A stretch of 64,000 nucleotides of DNA from Lingula anatina (lineage: Eukaryota; Animalia; Brachiopoda). Of this stretch, positions 37,301 to 51,519 are shown in pieces. The stretch is taken from contig CM120641.1 of NCBI GenBank assembly GCA_051362555.1, positions 5,146,001 through 5,210,000 on the forward strand, given 5' to 3'. A program made the position numbers and the translations under genes. Within the stretch, counting starts at the first letter, position 1. The number at the start of each line of letters is the position of its first letter. Below the pieces are notes generated by a model. The model was not told the DNA's origin. It made no database searches and worked only from the letters and a program-made list of their open reading frames with translations.

Positions 37301-40300
37301 CAAGCACAAGACTGGTGGTGGTGTCCAATTTTTTTTAATTATTTTTTTTGGGGGGTGTCCTTACGAATGTGCTTACTCCAGCTGGTGGTACAATATCCAG
37401 AGGCGGTATCGCCTCTCTGATCCTCTAGTTTGTGTTTAGTATTTTAGTAATACCAGTGTGTCATGTACTTTAAAAATGAAAATTTGATGAAATAGCATTT
37501 TAACACATGATTCCATTTAAGGTACCAACCTTGTATCAGAGAATACATTGATTGATCTCCCAACAGGTGTGGCAACATTTTACATGGATCAGAATGAACC
37601 CAGAACACCTGGTAAGTTAGGTCATGTTGTAAACAGTATCAAAATATAAATGAAAAGATGCTAAATAGTTCAACAGTTGCTATAATGCAGAACTGTATTT
37701 ACTTCTCTGAATGCCTCAGACAGTTTTTATAGGGTACAGGGCAAATTCAGAAGTGAGACAAGTGGGTTAAAAATGTTTACTGAATTAGTTAATTTTTTAT
37801 CATTTTTATTCCCTTTGATATTTTTTTGAAGTAAGAAATGTTTAAAAAGTTTTTATTTCCATTTTATTTATAAGTCATTACATTTTCTAGGTCATCTTAA
37901 ATTACTGTAGATCTTACTATAAATTGGATATTTAAAATCTTCATGTTATATTCCATAGCTGTTGCTGTTGCCTCTGGCCCCTATATGTATGTGTACAAAA
38001 ACCTTAGGCCATACTTCAAGTTCACTCTACCATCTCTTGAAATCAACCCACTGGAGCAAGATGTTTGGAACCAAGTGAGAGATGTAAGTGACAAAGTATT
38101 ATCAGCTTTAAACATTATGTTCATATATCAAAAATATTACAAGAAGTAATGAATCAATGCAATACTTATCTCAGTCTTGTCATATTTCAGCACAGGATAC
38201 ATCTGGAAAAGAAAAACTTGATTGTTGACTAAGGATTAGGGGGGGGGGGGGGGTCCACCCTTCTGAACAGTCTTTCACATCTTTGACTATTGTACACACA
38301 TTTGTTGCCTGGCAGTGATATAAACTGTGTTGCTTTAGGAATAATTTTCTTTGATTTTTTATTGTATCTAGGAAAGGATTGATGTAGGAGTATTAAGAGA
38401 AATGTTGGAAGGAATGAGGTGAGGAGAGTGATTCATCTTTGAATGTTTTTCTTAGATCTTGAAAATATTTCTCAGTCATTTAAAATGGAAATTTGATTCG
38501 TAGTATGAAAAAGTAGTAACACATTGGATATTTTTTATTTAGGGTCAATGCTTCTATAGTTTAATTTCATAAAAAATTGTCCTTCACAATATTAAATCTA
38601 TTTGGTGAAACAGTAAGGAATCAATAAATATTATTCATATGATTTTCAACTTTAGGGCAGAGGGCACAAGCCTGACAGTACGTTCTCTTAGATTTATCCA
38701 GCTGCAGGCAGAAGATTTGGAAGCCTTTGCCAACCAGTATAAACACACACCTCTGAAAAAACAGGTACATTTTGTAAAAAAAAATAGTGTATAACTATTG
38801 ATAAAACCAAAGAGAAATACAAAAATCTTCCAGTTTTTCAAACGGCTCTTCATAACACATATAGATATAAAACAATTATATTGGCTTAATAAAACAATGA
38901 CCATATGCTGATATATATGGGTTAATGGCTTTTCTGTTTCTCTTCAGACTGTGATAACCTCTCTAGGCACTATGAAGAAGTCTCTGGCAGAGGAGGATGC
39001 CATCAGTTGTCTAGTGCTGGGAACAGAGAGTAAACAGGTGTATATACTGGACCCTGAGGCCTTCACTGTGCTCTCTACAGTGAGTATCCATGTTACTGCC
39101 ATGTGCTGTACAGGGTAATGCATCATCCATGACTTCTGTATTGTACTGCACTGTATTTGAATCTACTGTATTTACAAAACCCTGCATTTGCCAAAAGGCA
39201 TTATATAGGTTAGTGGTCAATGATAACGCATTATACCACTCATATTAATTATGATAAAAACAAAATATGTAAATCTCCCAACAAATGAATTGTTTTTAAA
39301 GATAAAGATTATTTGGCAGAAATGTCACAATTTAGTTCCCATGGCTACTTGCTTTTTGTGTATAATCCACAAGCTGATGGATCAAATTCAAGGAATTTCT
39401 CATTTTCAGATGAATCTCCCTTCAGTACCAGTGTTCCTGAATGTTTCTGGGTTGTACGATGTGGAGTTTAGAATTATAGTTGCCTGCCGCAATGGAAATA
39501 TCTACATGCTTAAAAGGTGAGCTTGTTATACCTAAATTTTAGAAGTTTTTATGACTGATGAATAATTTTTGGTAATGTCTTATTTTAGTGATTGAATGAT
39601 ATTTAAGAGAAAATTGATTATGAAATAGATTTGTTTTTTACTGTATCTTCATCTGCATGTGCTAACAGCTGTCCCTGTATATTAAGTGATCAGAGCTTAT
39701 CTTTCACAACAGCAGCAAAGCTTGGTCTTTTGACTGACAGTCATTGATGTTGTTCTTTTTGTAGGGGAACAAAAAATGCACGGAGTTGTATAGAGCTAAA
39801 CTCCCAGCCTGTGGGATTAGAACGTATGGGAAAGAACATAGTGGTTGGGTGCATGGATGAAACATTACAGTGCTATACAACCAAAGTAAGCATGCTATAA
39901 TGTCTCTAATAAATATATACACTGACCAAAACCATCAATGCCCCGTGTAGTACGTTGACATTTTTATCAGCACTGTGGGTTATGTTCAGAATAAATCATG
40001 CAAAGTGAATTTTGTTGTTTGGTGTGCTGCAGATTAAAATTAAAAGACAGCATCTGTAATTTATGTACCATTACATGATACATAAATTATCCACATGGAG
40101 CATTTATATTTTTGTTCAGTGAATGTACACATATACTCTCTAGGTTGCATTTTAATCCACAAGTGCAAAGGAAATATTATCTATTGAAAATTAATTAAAT
40201 AGACAATAGACATTAACAGTAATATCAATATGTAGGATTTTATTTCTTAGTACCAGTACTTAGAACCTATCAGAATGTTTTAGGACTGCTTATTGTTGGT

Positions 40301-42795
40301 TTAAAATCAATACTGTTCTTTCATGTAGGAACACCAATTGACTTTAGGACACTGACATACTGATATTTTTCCCTTTTTTTTTCTATAGGGCAAAAAGCTA
40401 TGGACAATCAAACTTCCAGCTAGCATCACTAGCATGGAGAATGTTGACCACAAATCTAAGGGATTTAAAGCAGTCATGGTGGCCCTGAGTAATTGTGAAG
40501 TGCACATCTACAAGGACAAGTACTTAGTGAACATCATCAAGACTGAAGACATAGTGACTGGGATGAAGTTTGGAAGATTTGGCCGAGAGGATGCATCTCT
40601 GATCATGACAACTAAAGGTGATTTGACCATATGAGGTTTGATTGTTTCATGACATTGTCCTGTTTTTATTTATTTATTTATTTATTTGTTTTATTTTTTT
40701 TTACAAGAAAAGCAGCAAACCTGTACTTGTTTGAAGAGAGAGATTTTGTAACTAATATTTTGTTAAACATTTAATGAGGAATTAGATATAGCTGAAAATT
40801 GTTTGTGGACTTAATAATTTTGTATTATGATTGAATTATACCATTTTTTGGTACTATTGCATGCAGACTTTCAAAGTACTTTTCTCATTCCAGGAGGTGG
40901 ATTGATAGTGAAAATTTTGAAAAGAACAGCTGTATTTGAGGAAAAAGATGCAACAGCTGGGCCACCTGTGTCACAGAATATTAAACTTAATGTGCCCAAG
41001 AAGACAAAGCTGTTTGTGGACCAGACGATGAGGGAAAGGGAGAATTGTGTTAGTAAGTATCACATGCTCATGTTCCTAGTTCAAGGAGGTTGAACTCCCA
41101 GGAAAGAGGTACTGTCACACAGTGCACTTGAAATATTATGTGAAAAGAGGAATTACATATCTTGGTGAGCCTTTTGATGCACACTAAAATCAGGGCATAA
41201 GTAAGCCCAGCACCTGTGCAATATTACTTGGGCATATTTTGGAGGAAGAAAGCCTAGATACAGAAAATAGTTACTGGGTTTACATATTATTTATTTTAAG
41301 TGTAATCTAGGTAAAGGGATAAAACACCAGAATTATCAATGTACTCAACATACATCTGCCTTGGGAGTTCAATCCTCTTTCTGTTGATATCCTAGATCCA
41401 TTGGCTAAGTAATGGTGATCTGATTGATGATTTTAAAATAATTATTCTATTCTGAAATCCCACTTATCTGAATTAAAGTACTGTTCATCAGGGAGTCAAA
41501 ATATCACTGAAGGTCCAGTTTAGTAGTTAATGTGTTTTGTGTTTTTGTGTATATTATTTTGATAAAATAATTAAGGTGTAATACTGTTTCCAGGCATGCA
41601 CAGAATGTTCCAGCATGACTTGTACAGACTGCGCCTGGATGCTGCCCGCAGTTATGTCAAGGCTCTGGAAACAAGTATGAATCCTGTATCAACAAACACC
41701 ACAGAACCCCTAAAGTTGTCTGCACAGGTGGGTTGTCAGTGATGATTCTCTGGTTGCCTTGTACTGTGGTTAAAATAACCTTTCTGGTCATTACTTATTT
41801 TAATGATATCAAAATTGGTTGCTGAAGAGATGTATATGTTACAGAATTAAAGTGACATCAGTCAAGTTTGATGTACAGAATGTGTATACAACAAATGAAC
41901 ACACCACGTTATATTTTAGGAATGATGCATGCTTAGGCAGTTTGTAGTTGCATCTTGTGTGGGGACAAAATGCTATTTGGTAAATGTTATAGGCCATGCT
42001 GGTCTTATCCTGGTTATTTTAGTTAAAATTAATAATAGAATAAAAACAATTGCAAAGGTTTTGATTTCCAAAATAGTACACTTCCTTTTTTCCAGGTGCA
42101 GGGAATAGGTCCCACCTTTAAACTGACTGTAAACTTACAGAACACGTCCATAAGTACAGCCTCCTTTAATCTCCTCATAACATTCCAGTTTGATGACAGG
42201 CTCTATAATATTCACAAGACATATATTCCAGTAAGTATGGCTAACTTATTTATTTTTTTTTTGCTTCAGTTGATATGTTGAACACTGTTCAGTGTATTAT
42301 TTTTTCCTTTTGAGTATATCCCGTCTTGTGAATATTTAATCACATCTAAAAGACACAAATTGATTTTAAACCTTTGGTGTAATCACCGACTGTACAGTCT
42401 TAAAAGCCTGACACAAAATTGTGTTTTTTTTCTTCAGGTGCCAATGCTTGTTCCTGGGTTGAGCTATGCTTTTGAAACCTTTGTGGACTGTCTCAGTGAT
42501 AAAGGAATTTCTGACACCATCAAGGTAGGATCACTGTACAAGGATCATCAATATTCAATCAATCAATTTTATGACTTATTACAGAAATACTTAACAGTTA
42601 CTAATGGTCACTTATGTGGCAATTTTGTCAATCAAAGTTTTATCCAGTTTTGATGCAGTGTATGAGTAAACTTTTTCAGGTAATAAATCAGTAGTATTTT
42701 TTATGCAGGTATTTGTGCTGAGGCAGGGGCGCAGTGTTCCCATCATCACAGCAATGATCAGTATGCCAGTCAGTGAGACCATGGTGGTGGTGTGA
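31342..42795 (+). CDS. BBS1: Bardet-Biedl syndrome 1 protein (BBSome subunit), ~15 exons
   Basis: Exons translate to [11 protein letters not shown]...[104 protein letters not shown]; ends [11 protein letters not shown] at 42795. Confidence 0.97.
32988..33715 (+). repeat. Five ~145-bp tandem repeats forming the HINE core
   Basis: Units start GCAGAGAT/GCAAAGAT at about 32988, 33132, 33279, 33425 and 33570; each contains TGACCTTGAAATTGACCTTTGACCT or a close variant. Confidence 0.92.
33878..37197 (+). mobile_element. 3320-bp non-autonomous P-element-like DNA transposon, 7-bp TSD ATTGGAC
   Basis: ATTGGAC|CTAAGATCTAATA-AACAG-AAAGATTAGACA ... TGTCCAATCTTT-GGTA-TATTAGATCTTAG|ATTGGAC; subterminal inverted motif GACGTTCGTACGG (~33930) / CCGTACGAACGTC (~37115). 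No intact transposase seen. Confidence 0.85.
36129..36710 (+). repeat. Three-plus tandem copies of a ~188-bp unit inside the P-like element
   Basis: Units begin CCGCCATCTTG at about 36129, 36317 and 36505, with a degenerate start at ~36693. Confidence 0.92.
41087..41377. mobile_element. Old MITE with GAG termini in a BBS1 intron
   Basis: GAGGTTGAACTCCCAGGAAAGAGGTA ... TACATCTGCCTTGGGAGTTCAATCCTC is an imperfect TIR; a similar end occurs at 55971. Confidence 0.5.
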
Positions 42796-44093
42796 GCAAG
42801 GCTTGATGGAGGGATGGATATTTACAACTGTACTCTATCCCAATTCAATAAGCATAAAGGGTCAGATAGAGACAACAGTCAATCTCAGCCCATTTACTCT
42901 TTCAAGTATTTTTGGTATTTTTCTGATACTCCTCTTGTTAGAGTTGAGTAAGGAAGTTTCTGGTTGGTCTCCAAAAACCCCTAAAGATGTAGTTGTTGTT
43001 GTTGATTGTGTTCAAATAAGGCCACAAGAAATCACATCCATGTGTTTTGTAGACACAATGTGTTGTGTAGACCCCAAAGATACTTCTGAACCAATTTGGC
43101 AATACTTATAAGGACTTTTTTTTAAAGTTTTGCTTATTTGTGTTGGATCGAGTCTGCCACACTTATCAAGTTATGTACATATTTTTTTTACCGGTTTGAT
43201 TTTCATGTCGTATTTATTGTCATGTGGTAAATATCATAATTCAAAATCATTCTCTTAGACGACAAAAAAATAATGATACTGTAAATTTACTCAAGTACAA
43301 TAAACAGGATAATGAGAAATAAAAATCTCTACTTTTCATTTCAGAAAAAAAGTTGTATAACATACTCTCTTAAATGTTACCCACAGCTAAGATGTGATGT
43401 GACACTTCAGAACAAGAAGGCAGACACTAAACATATCTATGAAAATGATTGTTTAATATTTCTATTCTATACACTATATCACCTGAGCACAAGGACAGGA
43501 TATACTGCCACGCTTCAACCTATGGTATTTATGTACAATTTAGTCCTCAAATGAACAAAATTAAATGACACAATTGGATTATGTTAAATTTTTAAGCATA
43601 AGAAAAGTTAAATTTTACATATCCACTACAACATGTGAAGAGAAACAATGCTAGACTCAATTTTCTAAGCCAATGGTTCTGTAAGCAAGGTGGAATGGAC
43701 AAAATTTTGTAAAACAGTATAAAACTTTTCTAAATACCACTATACTCTAAATGGATGGCGGGTTTAAGAGCGAGACTTTTCATCCTAGTTTCCCCAGTTG
43801 CTTGTCCTCCAAATGTATGGATAATGCAACAGGTAGATGGAAGTTCAAGGCAATCTGTCATACTCCTGATGATAATGATTTTGAAACAATAGGATTGTTG
43901 CTGAGATGTGATTTTTATGCAGGCTGATGACAAGGGATATTTTCAGTTATGGTGAAAAATAAAAAAAACTTGCTTCTATGTACAATTATTTTCATCACCT
44001 TCCTGATTCATGTTCAATACAAACTGGTATCCAAATGATTCAACTTTTGTTCAATAGAAAAAATGTAACAATAGTCTTCCCATTTCTCAACAT

Positions 44094-47000
44094 TTATATC
44101 AGTCCTCTTCTCTTTTTATAGTCCTGTAAATTAAGGGATCTTCTTGGCCCGCCATCAGTACCACCTTGTGACTGACGTGGTGTAACAATGACGGGAGCTG
44201 AAATGTCAAATGAAGTTGTGATCACATTTAATTCTTTCAAATTATCACAAACAAAATGATATACACTGAATGAATGCAGACATTATCCAGAAACAGCAAC
44301 TGTGATAGTGAAAACATGGACAGGATCAAGTTATCAAAATAATACATGGACGTTTAAATTATCTGAAAAAAAAAATTCAATAAAGCTGTTTCTGTACTTA
44401 ACATACATATTACCACACAAAACTGCCTGGTTAAACTGAAGAAAACTCAAAATATTGTTTGACACTTAACCTTACTGGTAAAACAAAACAAATGTGTCAG
44501 ACTGTGACAGAGAAACATTTCAAACAGTCACAGAAGATCAGAAGATCTAAATAAAAAGGAAAAAAAAAAAAAAAAAAAAACTAGGAAAGAAAAGGAGAAT
44601 TTTTCACTGAGTGTTTCACAGAACAACAATTTCACAGATAATCCTGTTTAATTAGATGTTATTTCCATGTGAGAGAAAAATCAGCAGCTCTCAAGTATCC
44701 AAACCAGTGTGAGTGTGCTGCAATGGGTGTACTTACAAACTGTGGGTACATCGAGATCAATTTCGATGTTAAAATCATGCACAGCAAACAAATCATTGGA
44801 CTGTCTCCTGTCTGGAGGGGGTGCCATGGGGGTGCTCTTTGTGCCAGAGTCCACGACATCCTGAAAATATACAGCACACTTGAATATAAGTTATTCTAAA
44901 TGATCCAGATATAAGGTTTACTAACAGTGTTCACTAATGTGGACATGTAGTTGTAAATATAGGTAGGTTTTAATCCCTGAAAAATGAAAGTCTTAACTAG
45001 GTATAAATGTCTGATTAAAATTGAATTTTTGGTCAAGTGCTTAAAATTGGCTTTGAATACACTTATTGTAAATAAAGTGCAAGCGAACACAACAACAACA
45101 ACAATTCACTTACACTGGTATGCAAGTATTAAATCAGTTTTATCTTACATGCTTCCAAGGCAAATACTGAGCTGCACCATGAAGAAAAGAACTGTTGCTT
45201 TTAAGCTCATATGCAGGCTTACATGGTTAAGTGGTAAGGAAAATAATAATGTTCAAGTAAATCAAAAGGATTGCCTTTCACCCACCTGTGTTTCCATGTC
45301 AATGGACTCTGCCCCAGGTTCTTCCTGTTGTAGTGTTAGAAAAATGTGTAAATAAAAATAGCCTGTATCACAACAAAATTGAAAAAGAACACCATTCTTG
45401 TCAGTGAAAATAGTGTTAGTGTGCACAAAAATATGTTAATACTTAAAAGAAAAACCAACTCTTGTGCTTTCAAATTCAAAGTGTATCTGGATTTTAAACC
45501 TCTTATTCCTCAATTCAAAACATAATACACAAATCATTTAATAAAATGCCAAACCATAACAAAGCAGCTTTTAATTCAACAGCTCCCACTTGTCAGATCA
45601 ACAAAAAGGTAAGTTAGGCAATTGAATGAGAACTGTCAATACCAAATCCAACCAATCAAATTACATATCCAGATGTCAGCTCACTGTACCACTGCCAAAT
45701 CCTACCTCTGCATCTTTCTTTACTTCTGTCATCTTCTTAACTGCAGCTTCTAGTTTTTTTCTCGTCTCTTCATCAATTTCTTGATCTCTAGTCTGAAGTT
45801 TATAAAATTCCAGATAAATATTTTAATGTTAGCATTAAGTTGTGCAATGCATAAAACATAAAACACTTTGCTTTTAATAGTAAGATATTCATAATAAGTA
45901 ACAAGAGTTATAAATTAAATAAGCTTGATCACTCTATTGTGGTAGTGGAAAATATCATATATTTTTACTTTCTAGTTGATATCTCAGTTTCATTTATATA
46001 AGTAGAAACCTCAAGATGTTTTCTCTAATTTTTAAGGAACATAATCTATGACTTTTTCTCTTTCAAAACCAGTCTAAATACCTTTGTGACAAGTGTGGGT
46101 CGACACTGCCTCCTGGTGAAGGGGTCTGCCTTGGCATTTTTCATCTCCGCTACCTCACGTTTACAAGCCTCTTCAGATGCCACTATGTTCTGCTGCCTAT
46201 TCCTCTGGTTAATCCAGCTATATAGAAGAAGGCAAGAATGTATTTTTATATTGCAAAATATTTCTACTCTCTAATCCAACATTGTCAAACAGCTTGCACG
46301 TAAAGCAAAACATTCTTTTCATTTGCAATTTCGTGATGTGTATCTCATACAAACAAATTTAGCTTTTCATATTCCAATACTCAGAATAACAATCAAGCTG
46401 AAAAATTGCCAACAAAACCCTTCTTCAAGCAGATCTTTTTTCATGAACATTTATTTGGCACAAGCATATTTACCCTATTCAGCTGTTTTACCTGACAGAA
46501 CTGATATTGCTAGTTCTCCTCCTATCCAGCTCCGTGGCCCTCTCCTCTAGTTCTTCTAACTGCTGTTTGACCTGCCTCATGGTCTCTTGATCACCATCTA
46601 GTTCGGCAGTGTCCTGGTGATACACATGTATGTTAATTACTTATTATCCTAATTGTTTATTCATCATGACTATCGAAATATAAAAGCTTCAAAAATTAAT
46701 TAATTTTCATCAAAACATCACATTTTAAAAGCAAAGTATTCTGACATTTCACTTTGATGCAAGCAAGGTGATACATATGACAAATCTATAAATGAAAAAC
46801 TCTTTATTGTACTGAGAAGAAATTTCTTTTTTCTTTAAAGCGACATGTATTTTGAGTAACTTTACCTTCATTTTTATAAGCTGAGTTTTCTTCATTGCAT
46901 AATTGTGAGGGTTTTTTCTAAATCTCTGTTTTTCTTGGACAATCTTAAGAAAAAAAAACAATAAATATCACTTAATATTATTCTGTTAACTTAAGTATCT

Positions 47001-50000
47001 AATATTGTACTGAACCATTTCAAAACATATAATAATTATAATCATTATTTAAAAAAAAGTAAATAGAAAAGGGCACAATATATCCATGGTTTAAGGGGTA
47101 ATGTATGTCACCTCTTCAATGTCATCCTCCTTGAGGTTGTAATTTAATGCTTCCCTTATTTCTTTTGATTTACGATTCACTTCATCCACTGTAGGTAATT
47201 GTAAACCAGCCAGCATCATGGTCTCTTTCCATTTGAAGAACTCTGTGTCTGTCCACTCTTGATTGGAAATAAACTCTAGCCTGTAAACTCTCTCTGCCTC
47301 GCCATGCCTTAGGGACAAAGCAAAGTGTCATATTAGTGAAGAAATGAAAAATCTTGAGAAAGGCATTAACTTTTTTTTTTAAAGTGTCATATAACTGAAG
47401 AAATATCCTGAGAAAGATATTAACTTAAAAAAGGAAGAAGACAAAAGCTAGATACATAAAAAACAGGATCAACAAAGCAAATACCTAAGTTTCAGTCCTT
47501 TGTTTGTTCTTGTGGTACCTAAGGCATATATTTTGGCAGTTTCCACAGCTTCTATAATCTCAGCAACCTGCAATACGGTAAAGCTCCTATTTAGAAACTG
47601 CAGTGCAGCTTGCTCAACAATCTTTTTCAAAAGAAAAAAAATGAATGGTGTCTTCTTTTGAGGACTGAATCAATCTCACATCTGGGACTACGCCCTTGTG
47701 CAGATAGCCTTTTACCTCTCACGCCAACCCATCAACTCACTGCCACTCTACCTAACCCAACATGGAATTTTTGTAATTATTAGACTTCTCTTTTTCTCTT
47801 TGCTTCAGGACTTACCCTATACACTGCTCTGCCATCATGGTTGCCAATTCCAACACGTACATAACACCCTTTGACCACTTTGTTGAAGAAAGGCATGTGG
47901 CACCATCTAATAGATAAATAGTGGGTTTACATTAAAAGTGATAAACTGATACAGTCATCATCTTATCTGGATTTGTTATTAAACATTTTCTAAGAAAAGT
48001 GTTCATATATATAATCTTAATACTTTAAGAAGTTCATTAATGTATTTTTATGAGCAGAATTAAATGATCCCACTTACTTCTCCATTTTAAACCTGGATAG
48101 TTTTATTTTTATCAAATCTTCCTTGTTAGCAATGAACTGTGGTTTCTTAGATTTTTTTGTTGCTTCACTGTCTGATCTACAAAATAAAAAGAACAATGTT
48201 TGCTATTTGTAAATAATAGTAAAAGTACAGAATACTGATGGAGATATAATTACTGCAGAAAACCAGAACTGTAACCTTTGAATTATCTAAATTTGCTTTC
48301 AAAACCAAAAATAATCATGCCATACTCAAAAATTAAAGATTTTAAAGAAAAACTTACTCCTCTCCCTCTGAGTCTGATTTAAATGAAGATCTGGAACTGG
48401 CATCTGAATCTGTCAGGGAAGATGAGGAGGAGGATGATGATTTTCTCTTGTGTTCAGTCTCTTCTTTGTCCTTGTCTCTGTCTTCATCGTCGTCATCATC
48501 ATCATCATCAGAGTAAATATCATCCACATTGACCCGCTGTTTTTTGGCCTGCTGTTGCTGAAGTTCAGCTAAGTGGCAAATGAGGAAAATTGGCAATGAA
48601 AAAGATCCACTATCATAAACAAGTTTAGTATTAAGATTATCATTTTCACATTTAAAATCATCCAGGCTTTCAGGACGTGAAATACTTAGAATCAGTTTCC
48701 ATGCTTCAATACAACTATCTTGATTTATCAATTAATTCTTACTCAAAGAGCAAATTGTTTGCTCTCTTTTTGCATTATCTTTCTTACTGACTGCACTAGA
48801 AAACAAACAATCAAATATATGTAACATCAGTCGTGAAGTTATAGAACACACCTCTTTTCTTTTCCTTTTCTTCTCTTCTTGCCTTGAGGTCATTTAACGC
48901 TGACATTTTCTTACTGTCCTTTTTATCTTCTATTGCCTTCTTTCTTTCCAAGCTCTTCTGAGTAGTAGACTTGCCCAGAACTGCATCTGAAGATGCTTTT
49001 TTCTCTTTTTTACGTTCTTCTTTCTCTTTTTTCCTTAATTTCTTTTCAATTTCCCACCTATAAAAACAGTGAAGATAAGACAATGTAAAACAAAAGTTTA
49101 AAAAAAAAATTCAGCATTTGACTAACATTATATTTAACATTCATTCATGGTCATTTCTTCCTGGGTAGAATGCAACAATAATACTTTAAAATGTGAGGTA
49201 AATAAATAATTTTTGAAAATATACGATATCCAATGCATTGCTGCTATGGACATATTGAAAATGTACAATAATCCACCACTAAAAGTAATTCTGCAGTATA
49301 TTTATATCTTCTTATTTATTGTTGTCTCAAAAAATATTGACTAAGGACAAAATGAAATCTTACCTGGTCTTCATCACTTCTCGCTTTTCTATCCTGTGAA
49401 ACAGTTCTTGTTCTCTTTCTATTTCTGTCATCTGTTCCAGTCTTTTTCTGTCCTCTTCATCTCCCATTAAGTTTTCATCCAAGCCATCATCAAACTGCTC
49501 TGAGCCACTACTGGACCCACTGTCTGAATCTGACACTTCTCCTGGAATATAAATCCTTTTCATATTTGGCATTCTTGCTGTAGACTGGCTATTTTGCATT
49601 TCAAAGTATGTATTCATATATTTGTGCTGAGGCAGGACTGTAGTGTACCCATCTTCACAGCAATTAAATAGCTAAACTAACATATTTGAATAAAGCTAAT
49701 AATGGACGCTTCATTGCCTTATAACTTTTAATTTTCTTTGTTGATGGCTAGAGTCTGAGACATATCCCTTTTAAAGTAAATATTTGATACCCGTGTTCAA
49801 AAGTTCTATTTTTATCTGAATAGAAAATACATGGAATGTAACCATTAAAGTATTAAAAAGGCACATTTATACGGAAATTTTTCAGTATAAGCCTGAATGC
49901 TATCGTCAGTGAGTGCCACTGAACTGTTAATATACAAGAAAAAAATCAGCAAGTTTTTATCTGCAATCAATCAGTTTCTGGCACTGCTTCTCATGTGACT

Positions 50001-51154
50001 TATACTTACTTTTGAGTGCAAATTTTGTTGACTAAAAGCAATATGGAATAAAAATCTTGCTGAGAAGAGCACCTCTATGGGGTTTGTCCTAGGTCTCCCT
50101 TTTTTACTCACCCTCTTCAGGTTCTGAGTTTTGTTTGGGACCAGCATCATCTTCACTGTCTGATGACACTGCAGACTTTTTCCTATTCTTCTTAAGTGTT
50201 TTGGATTTCTTCCTCTTCTTGTTTTTGGTACCAGATGTCCACTGAAGATAACAATGAATTAGTGAGATAACCTTATAAGCAGGGAATTTATCTGAGATGT
50301 TGCAATTTATCTTATTATAATTTTTCAGTACACAAGCTTCTTTTTATAACACTTATTAGCTTCTTTTTATTACACTTGTTATACAATAATCAATCCCCAC
50401 TTACATCTTGTTTTCAAAAAGTTCACATTCTATTCTGATAGGTAATACATTAATTAATTAAGAGTATTTTGCCCAATACAACAAAATAATAAATAGAAAG
50501 AGTGTCTATCACATCAGTAAAGTTTCATGGAAGTTCTACATACTTCATCATCATCATCAGATGTTTCTGAATCAGAATCAGTGACTGTTTTCTTTGCTGA
50601 TGTCTCTGCAGATGTGACAGTTTCATTGTCATTCTTCTTTCTCTTTGATAGTGCCTTCCAGTCCTATGTAAATAATGTAAAACAATGTACTAAGTAATAA
50701 ACTATAGTATGTATATTCTATTTTTAATGAATATGACGTTAAAAGCAACATTCTGCTTAAAATATCTGTTATCAAATGTTGAACACATTTCTTACTAGCG
50801 TTTGCTTTTTAGTTTATCTAATGTTTGACATTAACCTGCTCCATAACAATCCCTATATAAGCATCATAAGTAATTATATAATAAAAAGTCTTAAAACATA
50901 TGAATAAATACTACTAGTTTCGATATATGACAATCTGGTGTACGTATTTCGTCCATTTAGGACTGTGGGAAAAATTGGATCTTGTAACAAACTTGAGCCG
51001 TGGCCCAGGAGAGAACCAGTCAGTCAGTCTTAGATAGGGCAATTAAATACTGCCAGATATGAAATTAACCAACCTCTTCCGAATCAGCCGGACTATCGCT
51101 GGCGTCACTGTCAGAGTCGATCAAGGCCCGACTCTGGGCCTTTCTTTTGACCAT
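44094..51154 (-). CDS. RTF1: RNA polymerase-associated protein RTF1 (Paf1 complex), multi-exon
   Basis: [42 protein letters not shown]; Plus3 [25 protein letters not shown]...[10 protein letters not shown]; NYAMKKTQL; [13 protein letters not shown]; [14 protein letters not shown]; C-terminus [16 protein letters not shown]. Start [17 protein letters not shown]. Confidence 0.96.
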
Positions 51155-51519
51155 TTCAAATTACCCCAAATCTTGTTGTTCACCGTGCGTTATTTTCGTG
51201 CTCTCTTTTCTGTCTGTGTGTCGCCACTTCCGGTATTATGAAGTCAATGCTTGACAGTGCAATAAACTTTAGATTTTCAAATATTACACCTGTTACAAAT
51301 CACTCAATGTACTTTAATAACTTTATTTATTTATTTTTTATTTATTCAAATATTGATTTTGATTTTTTTAATTACATTTTACATAAAAATATGAACATAT
51401 TTCCGTCTCAGCCCGACGCTAATATTTAGAGAAACTTGTCATCGTCATCCTGATACGATATGTGAAATTTATAACCTTTAACCCAGTTTCATCACCGTAA
51501 AATATATCTGCACCGAGTT
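51155..51519. promoter_or_regulatory. Compact bidirectional promoter RTF1/ZFYVE1
   Basis: Only 365 bp between divergent ATGs; ETS/GABP-type CACTTCCGG at ~51225. Confidence 0.65.

Larger units (their letters stand above)
32181..37428 (+). mobile_element. Helentron-associated non-autonomous element (HINE/DINE-1-like) in BBS1 intron 2, interrupted by a P-like element
   Basis: 5' subTIR plus palindrome GTACCACCAGCGTATACGCTGGCGGTAC, then GCTCC-type simple repeats and a central tandem array; 3' subTIR GCTGGTGGTAC (37381), hairpin AGAGGCG-GTAT-CGCCTCT (37399-37416), CTAG end (37425-37428) followed by TTT. Confidence 0.8.

Noticed and set aside
42671-42685. TTTTTCAG|GTAATA as a recursive or alternative splice site in BBS1
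   Set aside because: The intron is under 200 nt, and using this acceptor gives an immediate stop; no evidence beyond the motif.
47670-47760. GC-richer patch in an RTF1 intron as a snoRNA
   Set aside because: I could not identify C/D or H/ACA boxes with suitable hairpins; more likely a repeat fragment.
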